Source: an uncultured Gemmatimonadales bacterium
GTDB taxonomy: Bacteria; Gemmatimonadota; Gemmatimonadetes; Gemmatimonadales; GWC2-71-9
Direction of reading: 5' to 3'
Assembly: GCA_963825055.1 (NCBI GenBank)
Contig: CAWGSK010000009.1
Location: 224,001-288,000, forward strand
Length of the DNA: 64,000 nucleotides
A model generated the notes under the pieces. It did not search any database and was not told where the DNA came from. It saw nothing but the letters and a program-made list of their open reading frames with translations. A program made the position numbers and the translations under genes. Below are positions 28,794 through 38,070 of this stretch, in pieces (position 1 is the first letter of the stretch; each line of letters begins with the position of its first letter).

Positions 28794-29753
28794 CTATACC
28801 CCGCGCGGGGAGGTTGGCGCCTGGGGCCTGGGCGCGGGACGGAAGGATGTGCTCGAGGTGATGAAGGCAACCGCGGCCACGATGACCACCATCGCGATGA
28901 GGCTCCGGGCCGTCAGCGCCTCACCCGCCAGCACCCAGCCGAGGAAGACCGCGACCACCGGGTTCACATAGGCATAGGTCGCCACCTGCGTCGGCCGCAC
29001 GGTGCGCAGCAGGTAGGCATAGGAGGAAAACCCGATCAGGGCCCCGAATACCACGAGGTAGGCCAGCGCCAGCCAGGAACGCAGCGTCACCTGCGACGCG
29101 TCGAAGGCCTGGAAGTCTCCGTGGAATGCCGCCACCACGAGAAGCCCGGCGCCCCCCGACAGCATCTGCAGCGCGATGGCCAGCCGGGGCGTCCCGGGGT
29201 TGTCGCCGTGCCGGGTCAGCAGGGACCCCGCCGCCCAGCAGAATGTCCCCAGCAGCAGCACTGAGCCGCCAACCAGATCCACGGGTTCCCCGAGGGTCGC
29301 GTCGGCCGGGCCCAGCAGCAGGAAGAGGCCTGCCGTCCCGGCCACGAGTCCCGCCCCGACGCGCCAGTCCGGTCGGCGCCCGTTGGGGAGGAGCCACTCG
29401 AGCAGGACAATCCAGAGCGGTACCATCGCCACGATCAGGGCGGCCACGCCGCTTGGAATGCGCTGCTCCGACCACACTACCGAGCCGTTGCCGAGCAGGA
29501 AGAGGAGCGAACCCACCGCCGCCGTGGTAAGAAGTTGCCGGCGCGTGATTCGAAACGGTCCCGCGAGCCTCGCCCACCCCAGCAGGATCCCGCCGGCCAC
29601 CAGGAACCGGGTACCGGCCATCAGGAACGGGGGCAGCGACTGAATCGCGAAGAGGATGGCGAGGTACGTCGATCCCCAGATGACGTACACTGCGGCGAAC
29701 GCGAGGAGGATTGCTCCCCGGCTGAGAGGACGTCCGGACGGCGGGCTCGGCAT
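28794..29753 (-). CDS. EamA/DMT family transporter (YedA-like)
   Basis: AVYVIWGSTYLAI, PPFLMAG.RF, YLVVFG, YAYVNPVVAVFLGW...E. Confidence 0.92.
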   Translation of the reverse strand: MPSPPSGRPLSRGAILLAFAAVYVIWGSTYLAILFAIQSLPPFLMAGTRFLVAGGILLGWARLAGPFRITRRQLLTTAAVGSLLFLLGNGSVVWSEQRIPSGVAALIVAMVPLWIVLLEWLLPNGRRPDWRVGAGLVAGTAGLFLLLGPADATLGEPVDLVGGSVLLLGTFCWAAGSLLTRHGDNPGTPRLAIALQMLSGGAGLLVVAAFHGDFQAFDASQVTLRSWLALAYLVVFGALIGFSSYAYLLRTVRPTQVATYAYVNPVVAVFLGWVLAGEALTARSLIAMVVIVAAVAFITSSTSFRPAPRPQAPTSPRGV

Positions 29754-29868
29754 GGCCGGCAAAAATAAGCCCGGAACGGGACGGGGGAAACGGCCGCCCT
29801 CGCCCACTTCCGGTCCGTCCCCTACCTTCCGGGGGATCGTCACACATCCCTGACACCCGGAGCCGGAC

Positions 29869-31416
29869 GTGGCCGAACCGCGCGCCTGGATCGCGGAAGG
29901 CATCACCGCGAGAATTCTCGCGTTGGAGGGACTGGAGGCCGCCGTCGCCCGGCGCGACGCCGCCGCGCAGGAAGCGGTGCGCCGCCTCGCGCGAAACCTG
30001 CGAACCCTCGGCCCCGCCAGCGGCAGCCGCCAGCTCGGCGCGGAGGCCGCCAGGCTCGAGTCGGCCACCCCGGCCGCAATGCGGCAGCGTCTCTCGGAGT
30101 TCCTGAGCTTCCTCCGTGGCCTGGTGCATGAAGAATCGGGCGGACGACTGCGGCTCCTGCTCGTGGAGCCCGACACCCTGACTGCGAAACTGCTGGAAGC
30201 GGCGCTCGCGGCGCCCACGCGGGCCATCACGGTGGCGGGTTCGATTGCCGCCGCCCTGGAGGCGATCGCGGAGCACGAGGTCGCACTGATCCTGCTCGAG
30301 CTGGTGCTGCCTGACGGGGATGGCCGGCAGCTCCTCGGACGGCTGAGGGAATCCCCGGCCACCGCGGGGATCCCGATCTTCGTCCTCGCGCCGCGCCTGG
30401 GGGACCAGCCGCGCGCGGAATGCTACGCACTGGGGGCGGACGCGCTGTTCGACAAGCCCCCGGATACGGGAGTCATCGCCGCGGCCGTCGCGTCCCGGCT
30501 CCAGCGGGCAGGTGAGACGGCATTCGAATCCCGCCATGACTCGCTGACCGGCCTGCCGAACAGGGCCTCCTTCTACGAGACCTTCGACCGGCTGCGTGCC
30601 ATGGCCGTGCGGGGAGGCGCCCCGCTGTCCCTCGCACTGCTCCAGCTCGATCCGCGACCCGGCGCGACAACTGACGGGCGGATGCCGGACGAGTTGCTCC
30701 GGCGTACCGCCAGCCTCCTCAGCATGGGGTTCCGCGATACCGACCTCGTGGCGCGGTGGGGGGGCGACACCTTCGCCCTGCTCCTTCCCCGGGCGGGCGC
30801 CGCCGATGGCCGGCGGGCGCTCGAGAAATTCCAGGCACGGCTGGGCGGGGAACGCTTCGAAGATGATCAGGGCGACTACTCACCGTCCTGCTCCGCCGGC
30901 ATCGTGGAGGTTCTGCCGGGCCAGCCGGTCGACATGTTGCTCAACCAGGCCAACCGCCTCCTCTACGCCGCGCGGAGCGCAGGCGGCCACCGGCTGCTCG
31001 TCGGCGACGCACCGTTGTCCCTGCCGGAGCGCCGGATCCTGCTTGCCCAGGGTGACCCCTACATTGCCGGCGCCATCTCCCGCAGACTCGAGCGGGAAGG
31101 CTTCCAGGTGTTGCATCACCCCGACGGGGCGGCCGCGCTGCAGTGCGCCGGCGCCACGGATGTGTCGCTGGTCATGGTGGACGTGGACCTGCCCAGGATC
31201 GACGGATTCAGCCTGGTCAGGCAGTTACGCGCCATGACAGCCCACCAGAACACCCCGGTACTCATGCTCGCAGGACTCGGGGAGGAGGCACACATCGTGC
31301 GTGCATTCGAGGCGGGGGCGGACGACTACCTGCTCAGGCCGTTCGCCTCGCCCGAACTGATCGCGAGGGTGCGCCGCCTGCTCACCCCCGCGCAGATCCC
31401 GAACCGGGGAGCATGA
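29869..31416 (+). CDS. Hpt-like / REC / GGDEF / REC multidomain signalling protein, degenerate
   Basis: Two receiver folds, DSLTGLPNR, RDTD...WGGDTF, and a C-terminal REC (GADDYLLRPF..ELIARV). Confidence 0.85.
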   Translation: MAEPRAWIAEGITARILALEGLEAAVARRDAAAQEAVRRLARNLRTLGPASGSRQLGAEAARLESATPAAMRQRLSEFLSFLRGLVHEESGGRLRLLLVEPDTLTAKLLEAALAAPTRAITVAGSIAAALEAIAEHEVALILLELVLPDGDGRQLLGRLRESPATAGIPIFVLAPRLGDQPRAECYALGADALFDKPPDTGVIAAAVASRLQRAGETAFESRHDSLTGLPNRASFYETFDRLRAMAVRGGAPLSLALLQLDPRPGATTDGRMPDELLRRTASLLSMGFRDTDLVARWGGDTFALLLPRAGAADGRRALEKFQARLGGERFEDDQGDYSPSCSAGIVEVLPGQPVDMLLNQANRLLYAARSAGGHRLLVGDAPLSLPERRILLAQGDPYIAGAISRRLEREGFQVLHHPDGAAALQCAGATDVSLVMVDVDLPRIDGFSLVRQLRAMTAHQNTPVLMLAGLGEEAHIVRAFEAGADDYLLRPFASPELIARVRRLLTPAQIPNRGA

Positions 31417-31790
31417 TGCGACTGCTGGTAGTGGATGATGACGCCGACGTCCTGCAGCGAATTATCCGGACACTGACGCAGGTCGATGGCTTCGAGGCCA
31501 TCGGCTGCACCAGCGGCGTCGAGGCGCTGGCACGCGCTCGTGCCGAACCACCCGACGCCATCCTGCTTGACCTGATGATGCCGACCATGAGCGGCCCCGC
31601 CTTCCTCGAGCGCCTGCAGCGCGACGGCTCGGGACGCGAGATCCCGGTCATTCTCCTGACGGCCGCCGACCCGGAAGCCGTCGCCAGCATCGTCGGGGCA
31701 CGCGGCGTGATCCGGAAGCCTTTCGACGTGATCGGGCTCGGAGCCGAAGTCCGTCGGATCCTGGACATGCCACCCCTGCCTGCCTCCTGA
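31413..31790 (+). CDS. Single-domain response regulator
   Basis: LLVVDDD, ILLDLMMP, ILLTA, KPF. ATG overlaps the upstream stop. Confidence 0.88.
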   Translation: MMRLLVVDDDADVLQRIIRTLTQVDGFEAIGCTSGVEALARARAEPPDAILLDLMMPTMSGPAFLERLQRDGSGREIPVILLTAADPEAVASIVGARGVIRKPFDVIGLGAEVRRILDMPPLPAS

Positions 31791-31794
31791 CCCT

Positions 31795-31829
31795 TTCGAC
31801 CTCCGACCTTCGACCTTCGACCTCCGTCC
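31795..31829. repeat. Intergenic 7-nt tandem repeat (TYCGACC) x5
   Basis: ttcgacc tccgacc ttcgacc ttcgacc tccgtcc. Confidence 0.8.
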
Positions 31830-31925
31830 CTCCAGCTTGACGCGCGCCGCCTCAACCCCGACACTCAGGGGCACGTCAGGCGTGCCACCGGCCCTGCCGA
31901 CCCTCCCCGAAAGGAAAGTCCCGCA

Positions 31926-33293
31926 ATGAGCGAACCCGCGCGGGTGGAATACGTCCGGAGCCTCGGCCTGTTCTCCGCCACGATGGTCGTGGTGGGTGGC
32001 ATCATCGGCGCCGGCATCTTCCTGAACCCCGCGATCGTGGCACAGCGCACGGGCACCAGCGGCCTCACCCTCGCCGTCTGGGCGCTCGGCGGCGCCATTG
32101 CTCTCGCGGGCGCGTTCATCTTCGGCGAGCTGGGACAGCGCAAGCCCGCGGCAGGCGGCGGCTATGTCTATCTCCGCGACGCATTCGGTTCCCTGCCGGC
32201 TTTCCTCTATGCATGGGCGCTGCTCCTGGTCATCGCCACCGGGGCCATCGCCGCAGTCGCGGTGACCTTCGCCAGCTATGCCGCCCCCATGCTCGGGCTC
32301 CCGGATTCCTCCAGGCGGGCGCTGGCAGTGGGGGCGATCGTGGTGCTCTCGGGCATCAATTACCTCGGCGTGAAGCCGGGGGCGATCACCCAGAACATCT
32401 TCACGGTCCTGAAGCTCGTCGCACTGGCTGCCCTGGTCGTCGCGGGACTCATGCTGGCCGGAAGCGGGGGAGGCATGCCCGCCGGGGACACGACCGGTCG
32501 AGGCGGGCTGATCGTCATCATAGGCACCGCGCTCGTCCCGGTGCTCTTCGCTTTCGGCGGGTGGCAGCAGGCCAACTTCATCGCCGAGGAGGTCATCGAC
32601 GCCCCCCGCACCCTGCCGCGCGCGCTGGTGCTCGGCGTGGTCATCGTCGTCGCGGTCTACGTCCTGGCGAACTACACGTACCTCCGCGTCCTCGGCCCGG
32701 GTGGCCTCGCCGCCAGCCCCGCACCGGCCTCAGACACGATGGCAAGCCTCATGGGCGAGGTGGGGCGCCGGGGCATCGCCGCGGGGATAGCGCTCTCGAC
32801 CTTCGGCTTCCTGAACCTGGTGATCCTGGTCTCCCCGCGCGTGTACCAGGCCATGGCCAGCGACGGGCTCTTCTTCCCGCAGTTCGCCCGCCTGCACCGG
32901 CGCTTCCGCACGCCGACCGTGGCGATCGTGTTTCAGGGTGTCTGGGGCGCGCTGCTGGTGTATTCGGGGACGTATGGCCAGCTGCTGGACTATGTGGTCT
33001 TCGGCGACTGGATCTTCTTCGGATTGACGGCCGCCACGCTCTTCGTCTTCCGCCGGAGGGATGGCGGCGCGGTTCCGCCGGGCGAGGCGTTCCGCATGCC
33101 GCTCTATCCCTGGCTCCTCATCCTGTTCCTGATGGCGGCGGTGTATGTGGTGGTGGGATCGATCGTGTCCAACCCGGGGAATGCCTTGCGGGGCACCCTG
33201 CTTCTCGGGATAGGTGTCCCTGTCTATCTCATGTGGCGGCGTCGGTCTCGATCCGCCGTTCGCCCTGCCGGCGATCCTCCGGGACACCAATGA
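31926..33293 (+). CDS. APC family amino acid permease
   Basis: GGIIGAGIF..P, GELG..P..GGGY.YL, FAFGGW, AEEV..P.RTLP, RVYQAMA.DGLF. Confidence 0.92.
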   Translation: MSEPARVEYVRSLGLFSATMVVVGGIIGAGIFLNPAIVAQRTGTSGLTLAVWALGGAIALAGAFIFGELGQRKPAAGGGYVYLRDAFGSLPAFLYAWALLLVIATGAIAAVAVTFASYAAPMLGLPDSSRRALAVGAIVVLSGINYLGVKPGAITQNIFTVLKLVALAALVVAGLMLAGSGGGMPAGDTTGRGGLIVIIGTALVPVLFAFGGWQQANFIAEEVIDAPRTLPRALVLGVVIVVAVYVLANYTYLRVLGPGGLAASPAPASDTMASLMGEVGRRGIAAGIALSTFGFLNLVILVSPRVYQAMASDGLFFPQFARLHRRFRTPTVAIVFQGVWGALLVYSGTYGQLLDYVVFGDWIFFGLTAATLFVFRRRDGGAVPPGEAFRMPLYPWLLILFLMAAVYVVVGSIVSNPGNALRGTLLLGIGVPVYLMWRRRSRSAVRPAGDPPGHQ

Positions 33294-34291
33294 GCCGGCG
33301 CCGCCGGTGGATGTATTCCTCCTTGTACATGCCGATCAACGCGAAGAAATAGGACAGGGCCAGCGGACCGACCAGCAGGCCCAGCAGGCCGAAATAGCGG
33401 ATGCCGGCAAAGGCGCCGACCAGGGTGACCAGCGGATGGATCTTGGCCCAGCGACGGAAGACGATCGGGCGGATGACGTTGTCCACGTTGGCGACGAACA
33501 CAAGCCCCCAGGCGGCCATCAGTGCGGCCGCCACATAACGGTGGTCGAGGAAAAGCACCAGCACGGCCGGGATCCAGACCAGCCCGCTGCCCACGATGGG
33601 CAGCACCGCCAGGAAGACCGTGATGATCCCCCAGAACGTGGGGTTGGAGAGGCCCGCCACCCAGAACGCCCCGCCAACCATCAGTCCCTGGATGGTCGCC
33701 GTCAGGCCGGTGCCGATCAGGGTGCTGTTGGTAACATCCTTGAAGCGGGTGCGGAGGAGCTGGGTGTTGGCAGGGGAGAAGGGAATGTAGGGGACGATCG
33801 CGTCCCAGGTCTCCTCCGACCGGATCAGCAGGTAGTACAGGCCGAAGAGCGAAATGGTCAGGTTGAGCGAGATGCGCGTGGCCGTGCCGATCACGCCCAG
33901 CGCCGGTTCCCAGCCAGGCCACCAGCTGCTCTCCCCGCTTCACCAGTTCAGGCCCGATCGCGTAGGGGCCGACCCGCATCTCCGCGAGTCGTCCGATTGC
34001 CGCGCTGTGCACGATGTTCGCGGCCATCTCCGGGGCCTCGTTGACAAGGATGCCGGTGATGAGCGCAAGCGGCACCACGATGACCACCAGGGCAAGCGCC
34101 GTGACAAGCCCGGCGGACAGCGGGGGACGGAGCGGCGGGGTGATCGCGCGATAGACCGGGGCGAAGATCACGTACAGTACGGGAATCCCGATCAGGCCCG
34201 TGACAAAGGGAAACAGCGCGACCACGAGGGCCACGCCCAGGACCAGGATCAGGACCGCCGCGCGCTGGTACTTGGAGTCGAGAAGACGCAT
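33229..34291 (-). CDS. AI-2E family transporter, frameshift near 33900
   Basis: N-half MRLLDSKYQR.. (frame of ORF 33224..34693). C-half with LPIVGSGLVWIP, VDNVIRP and IHPLVTL.G..G...FGLLGLLVGP (ORF 33229..33894). Confidence 0.85.
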
Positions 34292-34445
34292 GTCGGATGG
34301 TAATACCGGCACCCCGCCGCCGGTACGTCCCGGCTGACAGGCCTCCGGGGCTCGCGTTGACACCCTCGAGAACGGGGTCCTACTATGGCATCGGTGCCGG
34401 GCATGCTTTGCGCCCGCACTCTCCTCCCGAACCCCGGAGCCCCGC

Positions 34446-34904
34446 ATGTGGAAAGACTTCAAGGCCTTCGCCGTGAAGGGCAACGTTGTCGACCTGGCCG
34501 TGGGTGTCATCATCGGCGCGGCGTTCGGCACCGTGGTGAAGAGCCTGGTGGACGACGTCATCATGCCGCCGATCGGCCTGCTGCTCGGCAATGTGGACTT
34601 CAACAACATGTTTGCGGTGCTGAAGCCCGGGGAGACGCCAGCCCCGTACCTCACCCTGGCGGACGCGAAGGAGGCCGGGGCGGTCACGCTCAACTACGGC
34701 AACTTCATCACCAATCTCGTGACGTTCCTCATCGTGGCGTTCACCGTCTTCCTGCTGGTGCGGGCGTTCCAGAAGCTCAAGCGGAAGGAAGATGCCGCGC
34801 CCTCGGAGCCGACCGACCGCAACTGCCCCTACTGCACCTCGACCATCTCGATCAAGGCCACACGCTGCCCGCAGTGTACGTCGGAGATCCCGAAGGCAGC
34901 CTGA
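34446..34904 (+). CDS. mscL: Large-conductance mechanosensitive channel with C-terminal zinc-ribbon
   Basis: [39 protein letters not shown]; tail CPYC-x10-CPQC. Confidence 0.95.
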   Translation: MWKDFKAFAVKGNVVDLAVGVIIGAAFGTVVKSLVDDVIMPPIGLLLGNVDFNNMFAVLKPGETPAPYLTLADAKEAGAVTLNYGNFITNLVTFLIVAFTVFLLVRAFQKLKRKEDAAPSEPTDRNCPYCTSTISIKATRCPQCTSEIPKAA

Positions 34905-34914
34905 CGAAGAGCCC

Positions 34915-34968
34915 TGGCACAACAATGCCGGCCCCCGGGAATCCGCGGGGCCGGCATGCGTTGTGCCA
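34915..34968. terminator. Long hairpin between convergent genes, likely bidirectional terminator
   Basis: TGGCACAAC.ATGCCGGCCCC..GAAT..GGGGCCGGCAT..GTTGTGCCA inverted repeat. Confidence 0.75.
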
Positions 34969-34973
34969 CGTGG

Positions 34974-35768
34974 TCAAGGCGAGCGTCGGAGCGCGATGCC
35001 CCCGTTGACGGTCTCGAGTTCGAGCGTCGGACCACCCTGGCCAATGGTTCCGTTGACCGACCGAGGTCCGAACCGCCCCTTCACGGTCAGGGGATAGTCG
35101 GTCGAGATGTCGCCGTTGACCGTCCGGGCCCGCACCTCGGCGTTGACCGTCGCGGGCAGGTTGAGGGTGATGCCACCGTTGACGGTCTTGAACGTGGCTA
35201 CGCTCTTCCAGTCTGCCCGGCCGAGCGTGGCATCGATGGACCCGTTGACGGTGACTGCCTCCGCCAGCCCGGAGGTGGACAGGTCAATGCTGCCGTTCAC
35301 CGTGCGGGCCATGACATCGCTGCGCAGGTCACTGGCTTCGATGTCGCCGTTCACCGTCGTGGGCTCGTAGCGGACTCCGGCGGGTACCTGCACCTCGAAA
35401 TCGACGGCCACATCGTTGTTCTGCGTGTTCATGTGGCCCTCGCTGCCCGGCGCGCATTCGTTCTCGTGCCGCGCGTTCCGTGGCGTCGGGTAGACGGCAC
35501 AGATGGTCACCCCTCCCGCATGCTCGATCACCTTGATCTGGACCGATTCCGGGTCGTCGCGCCGGCTGTGCTTCGACGCGGTGACACGGGCCTCGCTGCC
35601 GGATGATGCCACGGCGCGGACGCTCCCGTTGACGCCCTTGACCTCCAGCGTCTGCCCGGCCGACATACGGCCGTGCCACTCGAAATCGGACGTCCGTACC
35701 GTCCCGCCCTGCGCGGGCCAGAAGAATACCACCGCCGCCAGGGCGCCCACTGCTGCTCCTGCCTTCAT
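34974..35768 (-). CDS. DUF4097-type exported beta-strand repeat protein
   Basis: Signal peptide; repeated TVNG.I motifs; C-terminal LELETVNGGI. Confidence 0.8.
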   Translation of the reverse strand: MKAGAAVGALAAVVFFWPAQGGTVRTSDFEWHGRMSAGQTLEVKGVNGSVRAVASSGSEARVTASKHSRRDDPESVQIKVIEHAGGVTICAVYPTPRNARHENECAPGSEGHMNTQNNDVAVDFEVQVPAGVRYEPTTVNGDIEASDLRSDVMARTVNGSIDLSTSGLAEAVTVNGSIDATLGRADWKSVATFKTVNGGITLNLPATVNAEVRARTVNGDISTDYPLTVKGRFGPRSVNGTIGQGGPTLELETVNGGIALRRSP

Positions 35769-35796
35769 GGTTCGATCCTTTCGCACGTGGCGCCGC

Positions 35797-36633
35797 TCAG
35801 CGCGCGCGCCTGAGGTAGATGTTGCCGTCGAAGCTCTCCAGGTCGAGGTTCGCCGCCCCCGAGCCGACCGTAAACCGGAACTGCCGCTTGCTGGTCCCCG
35901 TAATCGTGACGGGGAATCCCGCCTCGAAGTTCCCATCGAAGGTGGACACCGACACGACCGCGTTGAGGTCCTGCGTCAGGTTCACGACGATGTCGCCATC
36001 GTGGGTATTGATGCGATATCGGCCGGAGGGCCGGATCGGGCCGCGGAACGAGATGTCGCCATCCACCGTATTCACGTCGAGTTCGGTCAGGTCGACGTCC
36101 TCCATCGTCACATCCCCGTCCACTGACTGCGCCCGGATCGAGCCGGAGACGCCCGTGAGCCGGAGGTCGCCCTCGACGGCATTCACCTCGACCCTCCCGC
36201 GCGCCCCACGGATCGTCACGAGCCCCTCGACCGTCTGGACCGAGATGAGCTCGCGGCCTCCCTGCACCTCCACATCACCTTCCACCGAGTGGAGGCTGAG
36301 CCGCCCCTCGCTGCCGTCCACCCGGATATCGCCCTGATGGGTGGAGAGGTCGAGGTCGAGCCAGCGCGGTACGGTCAGGGTGAAGTCCATCTCCTCGATC
36401 CCGTGGCGACGGCCCACCCCGGTGACGCGGATTGCGCTGCGGCTGACCACAACCCGCGGCGTGATCCGGTCGGAACCGGTGGCGGCCACTTTCACGGACG
36501 GCCGGTCCCAGGTCCGGACCGTGATGCTCCCCTGGTGCTGGTTCAGCTCCAGGCGCATGCCGCGACTGACCGCGACCGTGGTGTCTCCCTGCATGCCGAG
36601 GAGAAGGACTCCAGCGGCGAGTGTGAGCAACAT
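35797..36633 (-). CDS. DUF4097-type exported beta-strand repeat protein
   Basis: Signal peptide; repeated (S/T)VEGD / TVDGDI / SFDGNI motifs. Confidence 0.8.
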   Translation of the reverse strand: MLLTLAAGVLLLGMQGDTTVAVSRGMRLELNQHQGSITVRTWDRPSVKVAATGSDRITPRVVVSRSAIRVTGVGRRHGIEEMDFTLTVPRWLDLDLSTHQGDIRVDGSEGRLSLHSVEGDVEVQGGRELISVQTVEGLVTIRGARGRVEVNAVEGDLRLTGVSGSIRAQSVDGDVTMEDVDLTELDVNTVDGDISFRGPIRPSGRYRINTHDGDIVVNLTQDLNAVVSVSTFDGNFEAGFPVTITGTSKRQFRFTVGSGAANLDLESFDGNIYLRRAR

Positions 36634-36648
36634 CGTTGTACTCCGTGT

Positions 36649-37329
36649 TCAGGTGGCGGAGGCGGTCAGGTTGGCCGCGCGCCGCAACAGTTCAAGCTTC
36701 CGCCGCATCGTCTCGGCCAGGTGCTCGGTCAGGTATTCATCGCTCGGGTCCGAAGCCAGCGCGTTCCGCGCCTGGGCGATGGCCCGGTCAATCAGGGCAA
36801 GGTTCTCCGTGAGGACCCGAACCGTCGAACTGTCCAGGTCCCCACTGTGCCGTTCCAGCACCTCCTGCAACTCCTGGATGGCATGGTCATACGAGACCGG
36901 GTCCCGTGATGCGCCAGTGGTGCGGATCACGGCCGGGGCGGCGCCCCCGGCCACCGGCAGCGGCGTGCGCTCCACCGGCGCGCCGGGCCGCAGGAGCCAG
37001 GCTGCTCCACCCGACATCGCCATCAGAAACAGTGCAGCCGCGGCCAGCTGCGGCATGGTGAAGCTGAACCGCCTCGCGGTCCGAGGCCGGATCGACCGGA
37101 CCGAAGCCCCTCGCCGGCCACCGATGCCCGCGGCAATGCCGGGCCAGAGATCAACCACGGGCTCGCGTTCCGGCAGCGACCGCGCCCGCTCGACCACCGC
37201 GGTCAACCCGGCCAGGTTCTCCCGGCAATGTTCGCAGACCGCCAGGTGCGCCTCGAGCGCCTCGGATTCAGGAGCGGCCAGCTCGCCGTCGAGGTATTCG
37301 GACAACCGGTCCGTCCAGGGATCATGCAT
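36649..37329 (-). CDS. Anti-sigma factor (zf-HC2, single TM)
   Basis: LSEYLDGEL, HLAVCEHC (Hx3Cx2C), DLWPGI, then a TM helix. Confidence 0.88.
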   Translation of the reverse strand: MHDPWTDRLSEYLDGELAAPESEALEAHLAVCEHCRENLAGLTAVVERARSLPEREPVVDLWPGIAAGIGGRRGASVRSIRPRTARRFSFTMPQLAAAALFLMAMSGGAAWLLRPGAPVERTPLPVAGGAAPAVIRTTGASRDPVSYDHAIQELQEVLERHSGDLDSSTVRVLTENLALIDRAIAQARNALASDPSDEYLTEHLAETMRRKLELLRRAANLTASAT

Positions 37330-37340
37330 CGTCGACCTTC

Positions 37341-37913
37341 CTATCGTTCCAGGTACTGACGGAGCGCCATGCGCGCCCGGTGCAACTGCGCTTTCGAGGT
37401 GCCGGCCACGATTCCGAGCTGCTCGGCGATCTCCTCGTGCTTGTAACCTTCCACGTCGTGGAGGACGAACACCCGCCGGGCTCCCTCGGGCAGGCGCCCG
37501 ATCGCCGCCTCGAAATCCATCGAGAGGTCGGGCCGCGCAGGACGGGTCGCGAAGGTCTCGCTGACGTCCTCCCCGCCCTGCATCCGACGCCGCTCCGTCC
37601 CCAGCACCGATCGCCGGGCCAGGATCACGTTCACCGCCAGGCGGTGCAGCCACGTCCCAAAGGCAGACTCGCCACGGAAGGTGTCCAGCTTGTCCCAGGT
37701 ACGGATGAACACGGCCTGCGTCACGTCGTCGGCTTCCTCATCGTTGATCATCCGCCGGGCCAGCCCGTGAATCCGCCCCACATGCCGCCGGTACAGCCGC
37801 TCGAAGGCGGACGTATCCCCGGCCGCCGCCAGCGTGGCGTCCACGGCATCCTGGTCAACCGGCAGGACATCGGGTTTCGGGTTCAGCCTCGTCTCCGCGG
37901 CACGAGTCGTCAT
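37341..37913 (-). CDS. ECF RNA polymerase sigma factor
   Basis: GD..AFERLY, FRGESAFGTWLHRLAVN, LPEGAR.VFVLHDVEGYKHEEIA..GTSKAQLHRAR. Confidence 0.93.
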   Translation of the reverse strand: MTTRAAETRLNPKPDVLPVDQDAVDATLAAAGDTSAFERLYRRHVGRIHGLARRMINDEEADDVTQAVFIRTWDKLDTFRGESAFGTWLHRLAVNVILARRSVLGTERRRMQGGEDVSETFATRPARPDLSMDFEAAIGRLPEGARRVFVLHDVEGYKHEEIAEQLGIVAGTSKAQLHRARMALRQYLER

Positions 37914-37922
37914 TGCAACAGG

Positions 37923-37953
37923 TTGGATAGGACAGCAGGATAAAAGGTTGGAA
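37923..37953 (-). promoter_or_regulatory. Putative ECF autoregulatory promoter
   Basis: Minus strand TTCCAAC-N17-TATCCAA just upstream of the sigma ATG; same AAC-N17-xxTC geometry as the second ECF cassette. Confidence 0.45.
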
Positions 37954-38070
37954 GCGGCGCCCCCATCCCCTGCGGGCCATCCGGCGGGTGGAGGAGGGGC
38001 CAGGTCGTTGCCACTCCGTCAGATAGCCCCTGGACCGCGAAGGGCATCCAACCCACTACCTTACCGGTTC

